Assembly: GCA_963701025.1 (NCBI GenBank)
Contig: OY969557.1
Coordinates: 442,042 to 506,041, forward strand
Length of the DNA: 64,000 nt
Direction of reading: 5' to 3'
DNA from: an uncultured bacterium
GTDB taxonomy: Bacteria; Patescibacteriota; Minisyncoccia; Phycocordibacterales; PALSA-1337
Positions within the stretch are counted from its first letter, which is position 1. Every line of letters begins with the position of its first letter. Below are positions 21,099-31,389 of the stretch, one piece after another. A program made the position numbers and the translations under genes. A model generated the notes under the pieces. It had not been told where the DNA came from and made no database searches. It saw only the letters and a program-made list of their open reading frames with translations.

Positions 21099-21548
21099 TC
21101 AGATAGTAGCAGTATTTCCTGTAGAGTCTACACAGTAACCACCATTATTCGGAAAAGACACTTCTATAGAATAAGCCGTGCAGAGAAGACCGCTAGCGTT
21201 ACAGCCAGAGTCATATACCTTCAAGTATCCTGATTGAGTAGTAATGTCGGTTTTTAATGTCCCGAGAGTCGGAGTAGTACCTACCCAATTACCAACACTA
21301 TAATCGTCGACTGCGGCGGCGGCGTTACCAGTTGCGTGAAGATCGGAATAACTACTCGTATAATCAGTTTCCAATTGTGTCCTAATATTCGCCGCGTCTT
21401 CCTGAATGCGAGTTGCAACACCTTTACCCCTAGCGCTATTCAAGCTCACCAACACGACGGATGACAAGATACCGATGATGGCGATGACGACGAGCAATTC
21501 AATGAGGGTGAAGCCTCGGCCACCGGCGAATTTTGTATACCTTTTCAT
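21099..21548 (-). CDS. type IV pilin (PilA paralog)
   Basis: GRGFTLIELLVVIAIIGIL. Confidence 0.85.
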   Translation of the reverse strand: MKRYTKFAGGRGFTLIELLVVIAIIGILSSVVLVSLNSARGKGVATRIQEDAANIRTQLETDYTSSYSDLHATGNAAAAVDDYSVGNWVGTTPTLGTLKTDITTQSGYLKVYDSGCNASGLLCTAYSIEVSFPNNGGYCVDSTGNTATI

Positions 21549-21658
21549 GTATTATTGATTAAAATTACTAATAACTTATTAATAAACAGACCCTTTACGG
21601 TTGTTATTATCAATTATAGCACGCGTCAAAGTCGCAAAAGCGCTCCTGTGGATAACGA

Positions 21659-22783
21659 TTAGACCAGGAAATCCTTGATGGTACTCTTGTTCACTACGCT
21701 ATACGAGGCCTTATATCTCTCTATGAACTCCCCGGGCGGCTTGGTCTTGGATTCCGACCACTTGAATTCAAAGCCGGATATGGAGCCGCCGCTTTCTTCG
21801 ACATAATCGACTTCCGCCCCGCGCCTATTGCGCCAAAAGAATTGGCCGACTCGCTTCATGCCGTATTCCAAGGCCTTTTTCCGTTCGATTATGCAGAAAT
21901 TCTCCCATAGGGCACCTATATCGTCGCGCCGGGCGAGCGGCATGAGCCTGCTGATGACGCTATTGCGGATGCCCAGATCGTAGAAATATATCTTGTTCTT
22001 CCTGCCGATCTCGTTGCGGGGATTGCGCGACAGAGGATATAGCGTGAAGATGACGAATGACTTTTCCAGAAGATCGATATATCGGGCGACGGTTTTTCTG
22101 CTCGTTTCCAATCTTACGGCAAGCTCATTCATGGATACTTCCCTGCCGACTTGCAAGGCTAGAAGCTGTAAAAGATTGGTCAATAATTTAGGCTTCTTGA
22201 TTTCTTCAAATTCGAAGATATCCTTGAAGAGATAATTGGAAGCCAGATTATTCAGGAATACGTCAGCCGAGACGAAATCATTCTTGACTACCTCAGGATA
22301 GGAGCCGTAGACCAGCAGGGAATCGAGACGCGCCGATGAAAGCCATTCGGGAGATTCTCCGCACATTTCCTCATATGAGATCGGATACAATCTGAATTCG
22401 ACGGATCGGCCCGTAAGGGGCTCGTTGAGCTTGTTCGATAGATCAAAACTGGAGGAGCCTGTGGCGACAATCTGGATATCCGGATAAGTATCGACGAGCA
22501 ACTTCAGAGCTAGACCTATATTATCCACTTTTTGGGCTTCATCGAAGACGAAAAAATTTCCGTCGCCGAGGAATGACTTGAGCTTTGCGGGATTCTGGAC
22601 TTCCAAGGCCTGGCGATTCTCGATGATCTCGCAATTGATATAGCTCTTTTCATTTCCATACTCATCGACAAGTTCTTTGACCAAGGTAGTCTTGCCGACT
22701 TGCCGCGGTCCATAAACGATGACTACTTTTCCCTTGAAAAGCCATTTCTCTATATTTGCCCTTATTTTCCTGGGTATTTGCAT
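21659..22783 (-). CDS. AAA ATPase with DUF4143 (COG1373-type)
   Basis: Walker A GPRQVGKTT and Walker B VFDEAQ. A paralog lies at 56228-57361. Confidence 0.8.
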   Translation of the reverse strand: MQIPRKIRANIEKWLFKGKVVIVYGPRQVGKTTLVKELVDEYGNEKSYINCEIIENRQALEVQNPAKLKSFLGDGNFFVFDEAQKVDNIGLALKLLVDTYPDIQIVATGSSSFDLSNKLNEPLTGRSVEFRLYPISYEEMCGESPEWLSSARLDSLLVYGSYPEVVKNDFVSADVFLNNLASNYLFKDIFEFEEIKKPKLLTNLLQLLALQVGREVSMNELAVRLETSRKTVARYIDLLEKSFVIFTLYPLSRNPRNEIGRKNKIYFYDLGIRNSVISRLMPLARRDDIGALWENFCIIERKKALEYGMKRVGQFFWRNRRGAEVDYVEESGGSISGFEFKWSESKTKPPGEFIERYKASYSVVNKSTIKDFLV

Positions 22784-22895
22784 AATATGTCATCAAAGGT
22801 ACATTATAAGTGTACTTATTGCACCTTTGGGTACATTTTACTCAAAAAAGAGACTCTGTCAAGAGGATACTAGGTAAAATTAATGTACAAAAGTG

Positions 22896-24110
22896 TTACG
22901 ACGTCGACGACGCAATGCTGTATATGGGGATAAGCACGGAAGCCAGCAATATGGCCACGCCGCCGCCCAATAGGACGATCATGGCAGGTTCGATCAAGGA
23001 AACGAGGGACTCGACGGCATTTTCCACTTCCCTGCTGTAAAAGTGCGCCACGGTCTTCAAGATGCTACCGGATTCGCCGGTCTCTTCGCCGACTTTCATC
23101 ATCTGGACCATGATGCCGGGCAACTCGCGCGGATTGTTGGACAAGGAATCGGACAAGGTCTTGCCGCCTTTCACCGCTTCGACGGCCTGGGTCAGGATGT
23201 CCTGATAGACGCGGTTGTCTATGACGTGCGAAGTGAGCTCGAGGGCCCGGACCATGGGGATGCCGGACGAGAGCATGGTGGACATGTTGTCGGACAGGCG
23301 GGACAGGTAGAGCTTTTTATACAGAGAGCTGATATAAGGGATATCGAGCTTGAAACGGTCGAAAGCGATGCGACCGGCGGGCGTGCGGATGAAACGGACG
23401 AGAAAGAAGCCGGCTACGATGAGCACGGCCAAGAGGACGAAGCCGTCGTTGACCAGAAAAGCACTGATGCCCATGATGACACGAGTGTAAGACGGGATGT
23501 CGCCGCCATTCTCTAGCAGGATAGAGCTGATGTTCGGGATGACCATGGTGAACATCAGGATCATGACCACCACGAAGGTGACGACGATGAAAGCCGGGTA
23601 TATGAGGGCGCTTTTGACCTTGGACGAGAGCTCATAGGCGCGGTCGAGGTAGTCGGCCAGGTATTGGAAAGTCTCGTCGAGCTTGCCGGATTCCTCGCCG
23701 GCCTTGACCATGGAGACGTAGAATTCGGAGAAGACCTTTGGATGTTTGGATAGGGCGGCGGATATGGAATTGCCGGCTTGGAGATCGTCGGCGATGGCCA
23801 GAAGCTTTTTGCCGAGGACGGCGTTCTCGGTCTCACTGCCGAGGAGCCGGAAGACGCGCAAGGCTGAGACTTGGGCCTCGAAGAGGGTGGAGAGCTGGCG
23901 GGACAGTATGACCACGTCCTTGGTCGATACGCGATCGAAGATGGCGATATTGCGGGACAGGATCGACGAGGAAGCATCGGCTTCCTTGATGGACGTCAAG
24001 ACCAGGCCGCGCCGTTGGAGAGACGATATGGCGACGTCGGTATTGATGGCATCGATGGAGCCGGTCTTTTTGGCGCCAGTATCGTCGACGGCTTCGTAGT
24101 TAAACAACAT
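22896..24110 (-). CDS. pilC: type IV pilus assembly platform protein PilC (GspF family)
   Basis: Two T2SF repeats; 404 aa polytopic protein. Confidence 0.85.
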   Translation of the reverse strand: MLFNYEAVDDTGAKKTGSIDAINTDVAISSLQRRGLVLTSIKEADASSSILSRNIAIFDRVSTKDVVILSRQLSTLFEAQVSALRVFRLLGSETENAVLGKKLLAIADDLQAGNSISAALSKHPKVFSEFYVSMVKAGEESGKLDETFQYLADYLDRAYELSSKVKSALIYPAFIVVTFVVVMILMFTMVIPNISSILLENGGDIPSYTRVIMGISAFLVNDGFVLLAVLIVAGFFLVRFIRTPAGRIAFDRFKLDIPYISSLYKKLYLSRLSDNMSTMLSSGIPMVRALELTSHVIDNRVYQDILTQAVEAVKGGKTLSDSLSNNPRELPGIMVQMMKVGEETGESGSILKTVAHFYSREVENAVESLVSLIEPAMIVLLGGGVAILLASVLIPIYSIASSTS

Positions 24111-24140
24111 AGGATTATTATAGCAGAGGCGATAGGTTGT

Positions 24141-25199
24141 CTATAGCATCCGTTCTAGATTCTTCGGATTGAGTGAGTTCAGATACGCACTTTCCACTGT
24201 GATCTCTCCCGCCCTGACGAGCTCGGCCAATGACCTGTTGAGGTCAACCATGCCTTCCTGGGAGCTGGTCTCGATGACGGTATTGATCTCGTGGGTGCGC
24301 TTCTCGCGGATGAGATTGGAGACGGCGCTGTTGTTGATCAGAAGCTCATAGGCTGGCACGAGGCCGCCGGATATGCGCGGGATGAGGCGCTGGGAGAATA
24401 TGCCGGTGAGGGACCCGGCGAGCTGTATCCTGATCTGGTCCTGCTGGGTGGACGGGAATGAGTCTATGATGCGGTCGATGGTCTGGGCGGCGTTGTTGGT
24501 ATGGAGGGTGGAAAAGATGAGATGACCGGTCTCGGCGGCGGTCACGGCCGTGGCGATGGTCTCGATATTGCGCATCTCGCCGACCATGCAGACGTCGATG
24601 TCCTCGCGGAACATGGCGTTCAAGGCGTTGGCGAAGTCCGGCGTGTCGATCCTGACCTCGCGCTGGTCTATGATAGACTTTCTGGACTCAAAGAGATATT
24701 CTATCGGGTCTTCGATGGTCAGGATGTGCTCGGTCCGGGTCTGGTTGATCATGTCGACCATGGTGGCGAGGGTGGTCGTCTTGCCTTGGCCGATCGGGCC
24801 CACCACCAGAAAGAATCCCTGCGGCTTGCGGGTGAAGGTCTCGAGGATAGGCGGCAAGTTGAGCTCGGCCAAGGTCCGGATGGCCTTGGGAATGAGACGC
24901 AGAGCGATGGCGAGCGAACCTTGGCGATGGTAGGCGTTGCCGCGGAAGCGGGCATTGGTCAGATTGTATGAAAAGTCGACGTCGCGGTTCTTCTCGAGGA
25001 GCTCCTTGTTGGCCGGGGAGAGGAATATCGTCAGGAACCCCTTCATGTCCGCGTCGGAGAGCACGGGCCGCTTGACCAGCGGTATCAGGTTGCCAGAAGA
25101 GCGGATGATAGGCGCGCGTCCGGCGGAGAGGTGCAGGTCGGACGCTCCTTCCTTCAGGATGAGGTCCGTCAATGCTTCGATTTCTTTTTTGTAGTCCAT
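24141..25199 (-). CDS. pilT: twitching motility ATPase PilT
   Basis: GPIGQGKTTT Walker A, DPIEY, HLIFSTLHT. Confidence 0.9.
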   Translation of the reverse strand: MDYKKEIEALTDLILKEGASDLHLSAGRAPIIRSSGNLIPLVKRPVLSDADMKGFLTIFLSPANKELLEKNRDVDFSYNLTNARFRGNAYHRQGSLAIALRLIPKAIRTLAELNLPPILETFTRKPQGFFLVVGPIGQGKTTTLATMVDMINQTRTEHILTIEDPIEYLFESRKSIIDQREVRIDTPDFANALNAMFREDIDVCMVGEMRNIETIATAVTAAETGHLIFSTLHTNNAAQTIDRIIDSFPSTQQDQIRIQLAGSLTGIFSQRLIPRISGGLVPAYELLINNSAVSNLIREKRTHEINTVIETSSQEGMVDLNRSLAELVRAGEITVESAYLNSLNPKNLERML

Positions 25200-25235
25200 G
25201 TCTTGAAAATTTCTAATTTCCGCCAGCTGGCGGAC

Positions 25236-25250
25236 TAATTGACCTAATTC
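25236..25250 (-). repeat. intergenic repeat copy 4 (partial) next to CCGCCAGCTGGCGG palindrome
   Basis: ctaattgacctaatt preceded by the 14 bp perfect palindrome at 25220-25233. Confidence 0.5.
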
Positions 25251-25251
25251 C

Positions 25252-25650
25252 CTAAGCCTTCTTCGATGCAGTTATACTCTCCACTTCCGCCAGGACCTCT
25301 GACGGTATGGTCGTGGCCTTGACGATATATCCGTCCACGTCGAGCTTATGCGAACGAGCCACGTCGTCGGACGATCCCTGATTTGTGAGCATGATGACGA
25401 TCGCGGCGGGAGCCAGCTTCTCGGCGCGGACAGTGGAAACAAACTCCAGGCCGTCTATGCCCGGCATGACGATGTCGACCAGCATGATGTCGGGAACGTA
25501 TCCGTCGCGGACGAGCTTTAGCCCCGCATCGGTGGAATCGGCGGTCTTGACATCATAGCCAGACTTGCGAAATTTTATGGCGTACATGTCTAGAAGGAAC
25601 GTGTCGTCGTCGAGAAGGAGGATCTTTTTTGGTGATGTGGGATCGGACAT
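25252..25650 (-). CDS. response regulator receiver domain protein (CheY/PilH-like)
   Basis: LLLDDD ... D(54)-like MLVDIVMPGIDG ... K. Confidence 0.85.
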   Translation of the reverse strand: MSDPTSPKKILLLDDDTFLLDMYAIKFRKSGYDVKTADSTDAGLKLVRDGYVPDIMLVDIVMPGIDGLEFVSTVRAEKLAPAAIVIMLTNQGSSDDVARSHKLDVDGYIVKATTIPSEVLAEVESITASKKA

Positions 25651-25662
25651 GGCTCAAGTATA

Positions 25663-27424
25663 CTACAATTTGTTCACTTCCTCAAAAGGAATGGTCTTCT
25701 GGAATGCTTTGATGATGGCGTCTTCCTTGAGGGTGAGCATGCCCTTGCCGCGGGCGATCTTGAGGATCTCCGATTCTACCGGATTGGTCAGGATGGCGTG
25801 CTCGATATCCTTGTCCATAGTGAACATCTCGAAGACGGCCATGCGGCCGCGGGTACCTTTGGGACAGTCCGGAGTGGGCTTCACTTTCATGACCGTGTCT
25901 GCGAACGGTATGTCCTTCTTGTATTGAGCGGGAAGGTCGGCGAAAGACCGGTCGATGAAGGCTTTCATGCTGCCGTCGACCGGCACCTGTTCGCCGCCGC
26001 CGGGGACGAGGATGCCGACCAGGCGTTGGGCTACTGCGAGGATGAGAGTCGGGGCGATGAGGTATGGGTCGACGCCCATGTCGATCAAGCGTGGGATGAC
26101 GCCTGCCGCGTCGTTGGTGTGCAGGGTGGAGAAGCACAAGGTGGCCGGTCAAGGCGGCCTGGACGGCGAGCTGGGCGGTCTCTTTATCGCGGATCTCACC
26201 CACCATGATGATATCCGGGTCCTGGCGCAAAGTCGTGCGCAAGCCGGTATCGAACGTGTAGCCGATCTCCGGTCTGACTTGGGACTGGCTGACGCCTTCT
26301 ATGGTGTATTCGACCGGATCCTCCAGCGACAGGACGTTGTAGCTCTCGCGGTCCATTTCCGAGAGCAAGGAATAGAGGGTCGTGGATTTTCCGGAGCCTG
26401 TGGGCCCCGTGATGAGGATCATGCCGTAAGGCTTGTTGATGGCCTCGCGGAGCATGGCCAGATTCTTCGGCGACATGGCCAGCTGATCCACGGTGCGGAC
26501 TCCTTTGGCCTGATCCAATATGCGCATCTCGACCTTCTCGCCGTAGTACGAGGGAAATGTAGACACGCGGAAGTCGATACGACGGCCGTCGATCCTGGCG
26601 GAGAAGCGTCCGTCTTGAGGCTTGCGCTTCTCGTCCAAGCGCATGGACGAGAGGACTTTGATGCGGGCGACTACGGCGGAATGGACTTGCGGCGGCAAGA
26701 CGAGCGACGTGTTCAGGATGCCGTCGACGCGGAAGCGGACGCGGACTTTGTCCCGCATGTGCTCGATATGAACATCGGAGGCCTCCCCCTCCACGGCATA
26801 GCGGACGATTGTGGCGACGATCTTTACCACCGGAGCGTCCTCGATGATGAGGGACTCGTCGCCGGCGGCATTGCCCGCGGCATCCGTCTTGCTTTTCACG
26901 CCCCTACCGCCTTTTGCCTGGGCCATGTCTTCCCTTTTCAAGCTGTCGGTATCGACTGAAAGCTCCGTTTCGAGCTCCGAGAGGGCCTGGGTCACTTCGC
27001 CGGTCATGCCTTTGTACATCTCTATGACCTTGTTGAAATCGTCGAGAGTGATGAGGAACATCTTGTACGGGATATTCTTCTTGGCCGCCACGAAATTGAT
27101 GGCGTCGCGCGCCTCCATGTTGTCCGGATCGACGATGCCGACTTCGAGGACTCCGTCCTTGAGGCCGACCGGCGCGAAACGGTAGTGGACGGCAGATTCT
27201 TCCGGTATATAGTCGAGGGCCTCGAAGGGTATGGGAGACTCGGCGATGGACCGTATGGGCATGTTCAAAAATTCGCCTCGGGCGGCGAGTATATCGTCCG
27301 GCTTGACGCCGCGGGCGATCAGAGCCTCGTCGAGCGAAGCGCCGGAACCGGTCTGCGCTCGGATGGCGCGGATGTCATCCTTGGCAATAAGGTTCTTCTT
27401 GAGGAGGATGTCTATGACGCTCAT
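25663..27424 (-). CDS. pilB: type IV pilus assembly ATPase PilB (GspE), 1-nt insertion frameshift near 26145
   Basis: T2SE_N domain, Walker [10 protein letters not shown], then ALTGHLVL | STLHTNDA split across frames (extra C in gtgcttCtcc). Confidence 0.85.
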
Positions 27425-27502
27425 GGTGAGGGTATATGGTTCAGGGTATAGGGTTCAGGGTATAGGGTTAGCGGTTTGCTATACCCTCCACCCTATACCC
27501 TT
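27425..27502. repeat. nested direct/inverted repeats GGGTATAGGG(TTCAG) x3 / CCCTATACCC
   Basis: ggtatatggttcagggtatagggttcagggtatagggttagcggtttgctataccctccaccctataccc. Hairpin-forming, lies between a small membrane gene and the pilB start. Confidence 0.6.
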
Positions 27503-27880
27503 TTAAGGGGATTTGAAGCCGGGCAGAGGAGCGAACGGATTTGGGCGGCCGACATTGACCGGAGGGATGGCTACCGAATAATCGCGCAGAGTCAGATAGC
27601 CTGGATCGGAGAAGATGGATGTGTCGATCTTGAGTGACTGGATCTGATTGAGTAGAGTCAGGACTTGGGCGCCGACATCGGAGCCGGAAGTATTCCCGGC
27701 GGAAGTCTGGACCAGGCCGGAAGAGGCCGGGGTCGTGCCGCCATAGAAATAGAAGTAACCGATGCCGGCCACGACTATGATGATCGTGACCCAGATCCAT
27801 GTCCTATGCGGTGTTGATTGAGTGTTCATGGTGATATCATTGGCGGAGCCAATAGGTGGAAAGCTGGACGGTGTAATCAT
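27503..27880 (-). CDS. small membrane protein (pilus-cluster associated), hypothetical
   Basis: Single TM helix (WIWVTIIIVVAGIGYFYFY). Probable start at MNTQST. Confidence 0.5.
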   Translation of the reverse strand: MITPSSFPPIGSANDITMNTQSTPHRTWIWVTIIIVVAGIGYFYFYGGTTPASSGLVQTSAGNTSGSDVGAQVLTLLNQIQSLKIDTSIFSDPGYLTLRDYSVAIPPVNVGRPNPFAPLPGFKSP

Positions 27881-28442
27881 ACGTTCCGGTATCGTTGGCG
27901 GAAAGGGTCAGATGGGTGACATCCATGATGCGCAGGCTCGCTTCCAGATCCTGGAGGAAGCTCGTGAACTGGTTGTACGGGGCGCTCGCCGAAAACGAGA
28001 CAGTGACTGTGTCCAAGGTCGGCGCGGATATCGATAGGGCCGACGAACCGACGCCCGAGAGAGCCGCTTGTGTGCTCTGCGCGGATGACGGCCCGGACGA
28101 AGGAGACGAGTTGGAGCCGGTATCGGTCGTGGCGGTGATATTCTTCAAGGAGAAGCCGTGCTGGAGAGCTACGCTGTTCAAGTCTATGATCAGGCGGATA
28201 TTGTCGACGGTATCCGGTATCATCTTGTCGATGCGATCGCGGTCGTTGGCCGATATGTTGTTGTATGACTTGAGGACTTGGTCGCGCACGGCGATGAGCT
28301 TGACGGCATTGTCGATGGCGGACGCATAGGTATCGTTCACGGCCTTGACCGAAGAGGCGTCGGCCCAGACGCCGCGGGTATACGTGGCGTATATGCCGAT
28401 AGCTAGGACGATCAGGATTGTGGCGGTGACGTTGCGGTTCAT
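27837..28442 (-). CDS. pilO: PilO-like pilus assembly protein
   Basis: N-terminal TM, coiled coil, position downstream of pilN. Confidence 0.6.
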   Translation of the reverse strand: MNRNVTATILIVLAIGIYATYTRGVWADASSVKAVNDTYASAIDNAVKLIAVRDQVLKSYNNISANDRDRIDKMIPDTVDNIRLIIDLNSVALQHGFSLKNITATTDTGSNSSPSSGPSSAQSTQAALSGVGSSALSISAPTLDTVTVSFSASAPYNQFTSFLQDLEASLRIMDVTHLTLSANDTGTYDYTVQLSTYWLRQ

Positions 28443-28451
28443 GGTGGTTGG

Positions 28452-29120
28452 TTATGGAGTACTCGTCGATCGTGGCGTGCCGGTCGCGGCGGTGGACGGG
28501 GCGACGGACTTTTCATACGAAAGGCTCGCCGGGTCTATCGTAGCGGTGAAGCCGAATGAGACGGCGCCATTCGATCCAAGAGCCGGATTGGACAGGATAG
28601 GATTCTTGACGATCGAGCGCAGACCATACTGGTCGAGCTGATTCAGGACGTCGGACTGGAAAGCCACGGCGCTGAAGCTCGTGCCGTATCCCTGCATGCC
28701 GACCGTTATTCCTCCGCCCGGAGTCTTAGGCGCGGACACGTCCATGCTCATAAAGCGGACGTCTTCGGTCGTAAGGGTTGAGATGATGGGAAATATCTGA
28801 GACAAGGCGAGGTGATTCCTGATGAGCTGTTGCGCCAAGTCTATCTTCTCGCTCTCGCCTTTGAGCTGGGCGATCAAGTCCACGTTGAACTGCTGTTCCC
28901 TGGCGGCCAGGTCTTTCTGGTATGAATCCTGGGCCGAGATCAGATACTGTTTCCATGCGTAGACAGCCCCGGCGGCGACGAGAGACAGGATGAAGATGAC
29001 CGTGCCAAGCGTCATGAATATGCTCGCGCCGTGATGATGCTTCGGCGCGGAAGACGCTCCGCCGATCGTCGAGGCGACGGGCTTCTTGGGAATGAAGGAG
29101 GTTTGGAATCTGGTTTCCAT
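28452..29120 (-). CDS. pilN: PilN-like pilus assembly protein
   Basis: Single TM with the conserved order pilM-pilN-pilO. Confidence 0.6.
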   Translation of the reverse strand: METRFQTSFIPKKPVASTIGGASSAPKHHHGASIFMTLGTVIFILSLVAAGAVYAWKQYLISAQDSYQKDLAAREQQFNVDLIAQLKGESEKIDLAQQLIRNHLALSQIFPIISTLTTEDVRFMSMDVSAPKTPGGGITVGMQGYGTSFSAVAFQSDVLNQLDQYGLRSIVKNPILSNPALGSNGAVSFGFTATIDPASLSYEKSVAPSTAATGTPRSTSTP

Positions 29121-29142
29121 GTTTCCCTGGAATTATAGTATG

Positions 29143-30252
29143 CTATTCCAATTCAGACAAGCGGCGCAAGGCGACGCCGATGGCCACGGCGAACTCCGGC
29201 CCGGCCGTGGCGAATTCGTCGGCCAGGAAGGCAGGCGTCTCCAGCTTGCCGAAGGGATCAGCGTAGACGACGTCCGTCTGGAAGCTCACCTTGGCCAAGT
29301 CGGTGAAGCCTTTGAGGAGCACTCCGCCGCCGACGAGGACGACTTTGCCGATGTTCTTCTGGTACTTCTTCTGATAATTGAGCAAGGCGGCGTTGGCCTC
29401 GTAGAATATGTAGTCCAGATTGACGGTGATGATCTCGATCGACTCTTTGTACTCCGGGCCACCTTTCAAGCCGAACGAGCGTTTCATGGTCTCGGCGTCG
29501 CCGACCGATATGCTCAAAGTCTTGGACAAAGCGAGGGTGATGTCTTGGCTGCCTTTGTTGATGGTATGAGCCGCGCGCAGTATGCCGCGCTCGATGATGT
29601 AGAGCTTGGTCGAGCGCGCGCCGAAATCGATGATCATGTTTGTGGCGAGGCCCTGGTCGATGACGGCACGGATGGCGCTGAATATCTCTATCTCGTAGAA
29701 GCTAGGGCTGAGGCCGCTCCCTGTCATGATGGCCTGGTAATTGGCTATGTATTCGTTGTGGATGGCGACGACCAGGACGTCGGAACCGGCCTTCTCCGTC
29801 TTCGAAGCGTCGTCGCTGGTGACGTAGGATTCTTCTTTGGGGATGATGGACCAGTCGAGAAGGACTTCGTTGAGCGGGACGGGAATGTATTTGCGCGCTT
29901 CGATGGCCACCACGTCGCCGATCTGCTTTTCCGGCACCGGCGGCACAGAGATGAAGGTGATGAGCGATGATGAGAGAGGCAATGCCGTTCCGCAGGCGGT
30001 GGTGGTCGTCTTCGCTTCGCGGAGGATGTCTTTGATCGCTTCGATCGTCTTGTCGGCGGACAGCGAGACGGCCCGGCCGATCTCGATACCGGCGTAAGGT
30101 CCCAAAGCCAATTCCCCGTATGTCTCGAGGACAGCCCTACCACGTTTCTTCTTGATCTGGACGACTTTGATGGCCGACGAGCCGATGTCGAGGCCCAGGA
30201 TGCTGGTCTCTTTCTTTAAAAACGAGGTGAAAAACGAGCCGATGGATGCCAT
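29143..30252 (-). CDS. pilM: type IV pilus assembly ATPase-fold protein PilM
   Basis: Actin-like fold motif ILGLDIGSSAIKVV. Start at MASIGSFF. Confidence 0.85.
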   Translation of the reverse strand: MASIGSFFTSFLKKETSILGLDIGSSAIKVVQIKKKRGRAVLETYGELALGPYAGIEIGRAVSLSADKTIEAIKDILREAKTTTTACGTALPLSSSLITFISVPPVPEKQIGDVVAIEARKYIPVPLNEVLLDWSIIPKEESYVTSDDASKTEKAGSDVLVVAIHNEYIANYQAIMTGSGLSPSFYEIEIFSAIRAVIDQGLATNMIIDFGARSTKLYIIERGILRAAHTINKGSQDITLALSKTLSISVGDAETMKRSFGLKGGPEYKESIEIITVNLDYIFYEANAALLNYQKKYQKNIGKVVLVGGGVLLKGFTDLAKVSFQTDVVYADPFGKLETPAFLADEFATAGPEFAVAIGVALRRLSELE

Positions 30253-30254
30253 GA

Positions 30255-30349
30255 TGACATTATATAGGCAAGCGAGGACGCATGCCAACTGGTTAACATA
30301 GCGTACGAGCGAAGACTATATATGAGCGGAGCGGTTATATAGTACAATT
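30255..30349 (-). promoter_or_regulatory. about 90 nt promoter module shared with ftsH: TTGGCA-18-TATAAT then N6-ATG (leaderless)
   Basis: Near-identical sequence at 44385-44469 upstream of ftsH. The -10 TATAAT lies 6-7 nt from the ATG of pilM. Confidence 0.55.
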
Positions 30350-30355
30350 GCGGGC

Positions 30356-31087
30356 ATGTCCTTGTTGAAAACAATCGCCGCAACCTTCACTGAAGCCCTT
30401 TTCCCTGTCCCGGCCGCGGAGCGGGAGGTTATGGCCCTGGGCGGTCAAACGGCGTTCACCGCCTTGCCGCGGGCCGCCCGTTCTCCGGTGCCGGAAGCCT
30501 GTTCGGTCTTCTCGTACAAGGACGAACGGGCCTGGCGCCTCATTTGGAGCGTTAAATACAAGAAGTCCGCCGAGGGGACGGCCATCGCCGGATATGCCCT
30601 CTATCAGGCGGTACGGCTTTTCTCCCGAGCGCTCGAAAATGATGACGGAGCCCTGTCGCGGATCGTCATCGTGCCAATGCCCATGACCGCCCGTCGTCGG
30701 CGCGAGCGCGGCTTCAATCAGTGCGAGCTCATGGCTGATGAGATGGAGAGGCTTGATGCGATTGGTGGACTCGATGCGCCAAAAAATGCCGGCGCGAGAT
30801 TGGTCGTGGCTCGCGATCTGTTAGTCAGAAAAGTGCATACGTCGCGGCAGACTTTGAAGGATCGGGTGGAGCGCCTGGAAAGCGCCAAGGATATCTTCGC
30901 CGTCAATGAAGAAGCGGCGCGAAGATTTATGAATGAGGATTTAGGATTTAAGAAAGAAGACAGGAAAGCGGCGATGATCATCGTCATCGATGATGTCATC
31001 ACCACCGGCGGGACCATGAGAGATGCCGTTGGCACTTTACGCAAGGCGGGATTCGAGAATGCATGGGGACTTTCGGTGGCACATTAG
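30356..31087 (+). CDS. comF: ComF family phosphoribosyltransferase (competence protein ComFC)
   Basis: ERGFNQCELMA and IVIDDVITTGGT PRTase motif. Confidence 0.8.
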   Translation: MSLLKTIAATFTEALFPVPAAEREVMALGGQTAFTALPRAARSPVPEACSVFSYKDERAWRLIWSVKYKKSAEGTAIAGYALYQAVRLFSRALENDDGALSRIVIVPMPMTARRRRERGFNQCELMADEMERLDAIGGLDAPKNAGARLVVARDLLVRKVHTSRQTLKDRVERLESAKDIFAVNEEAARRFMNEDLGFKKEDRKAAMIIVIDDVITTGGTMRDAVGTLRKAGFENAWGLSVAH

Positions 31088-31389
31088 TGAGGTTCGGTTA
31101 TGGCGATTTAATGGAGGGTGAGCGCTTCTCTTTTTCCTATCTTTTTCTAATTGGGAATTAAGGTTATTTTTTCAACAGGAATAAGCCATATTATCAAAGC
31201 TGAAGAGCCTTAATTCTCATTTAGAAAAACATACCCTTCCAAGCATCCCGCACCCCCCAGAAACGACTTAAATCTCGAAAGCGTGTCTGTTAAACAACCA
31301 CCTTCACGAACCTCCGCTTCCCTATCTTGAGCACGACCGTCTCGGATGGAATGAAATTCGGATCTGTTATTTTTTCGTCTTTCTCCGTT

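Noticed and set aside
27425-27502. Possible CRISPR-like short repeats (GGGTATAGGG units) and the GTTTACCT x4 cluster at 41297-41350
   Set aside because: Units are 8-15 nt with no unique spacers of uniform length and no cas genes. They are better explained as hairpin/iteron-type repeats.
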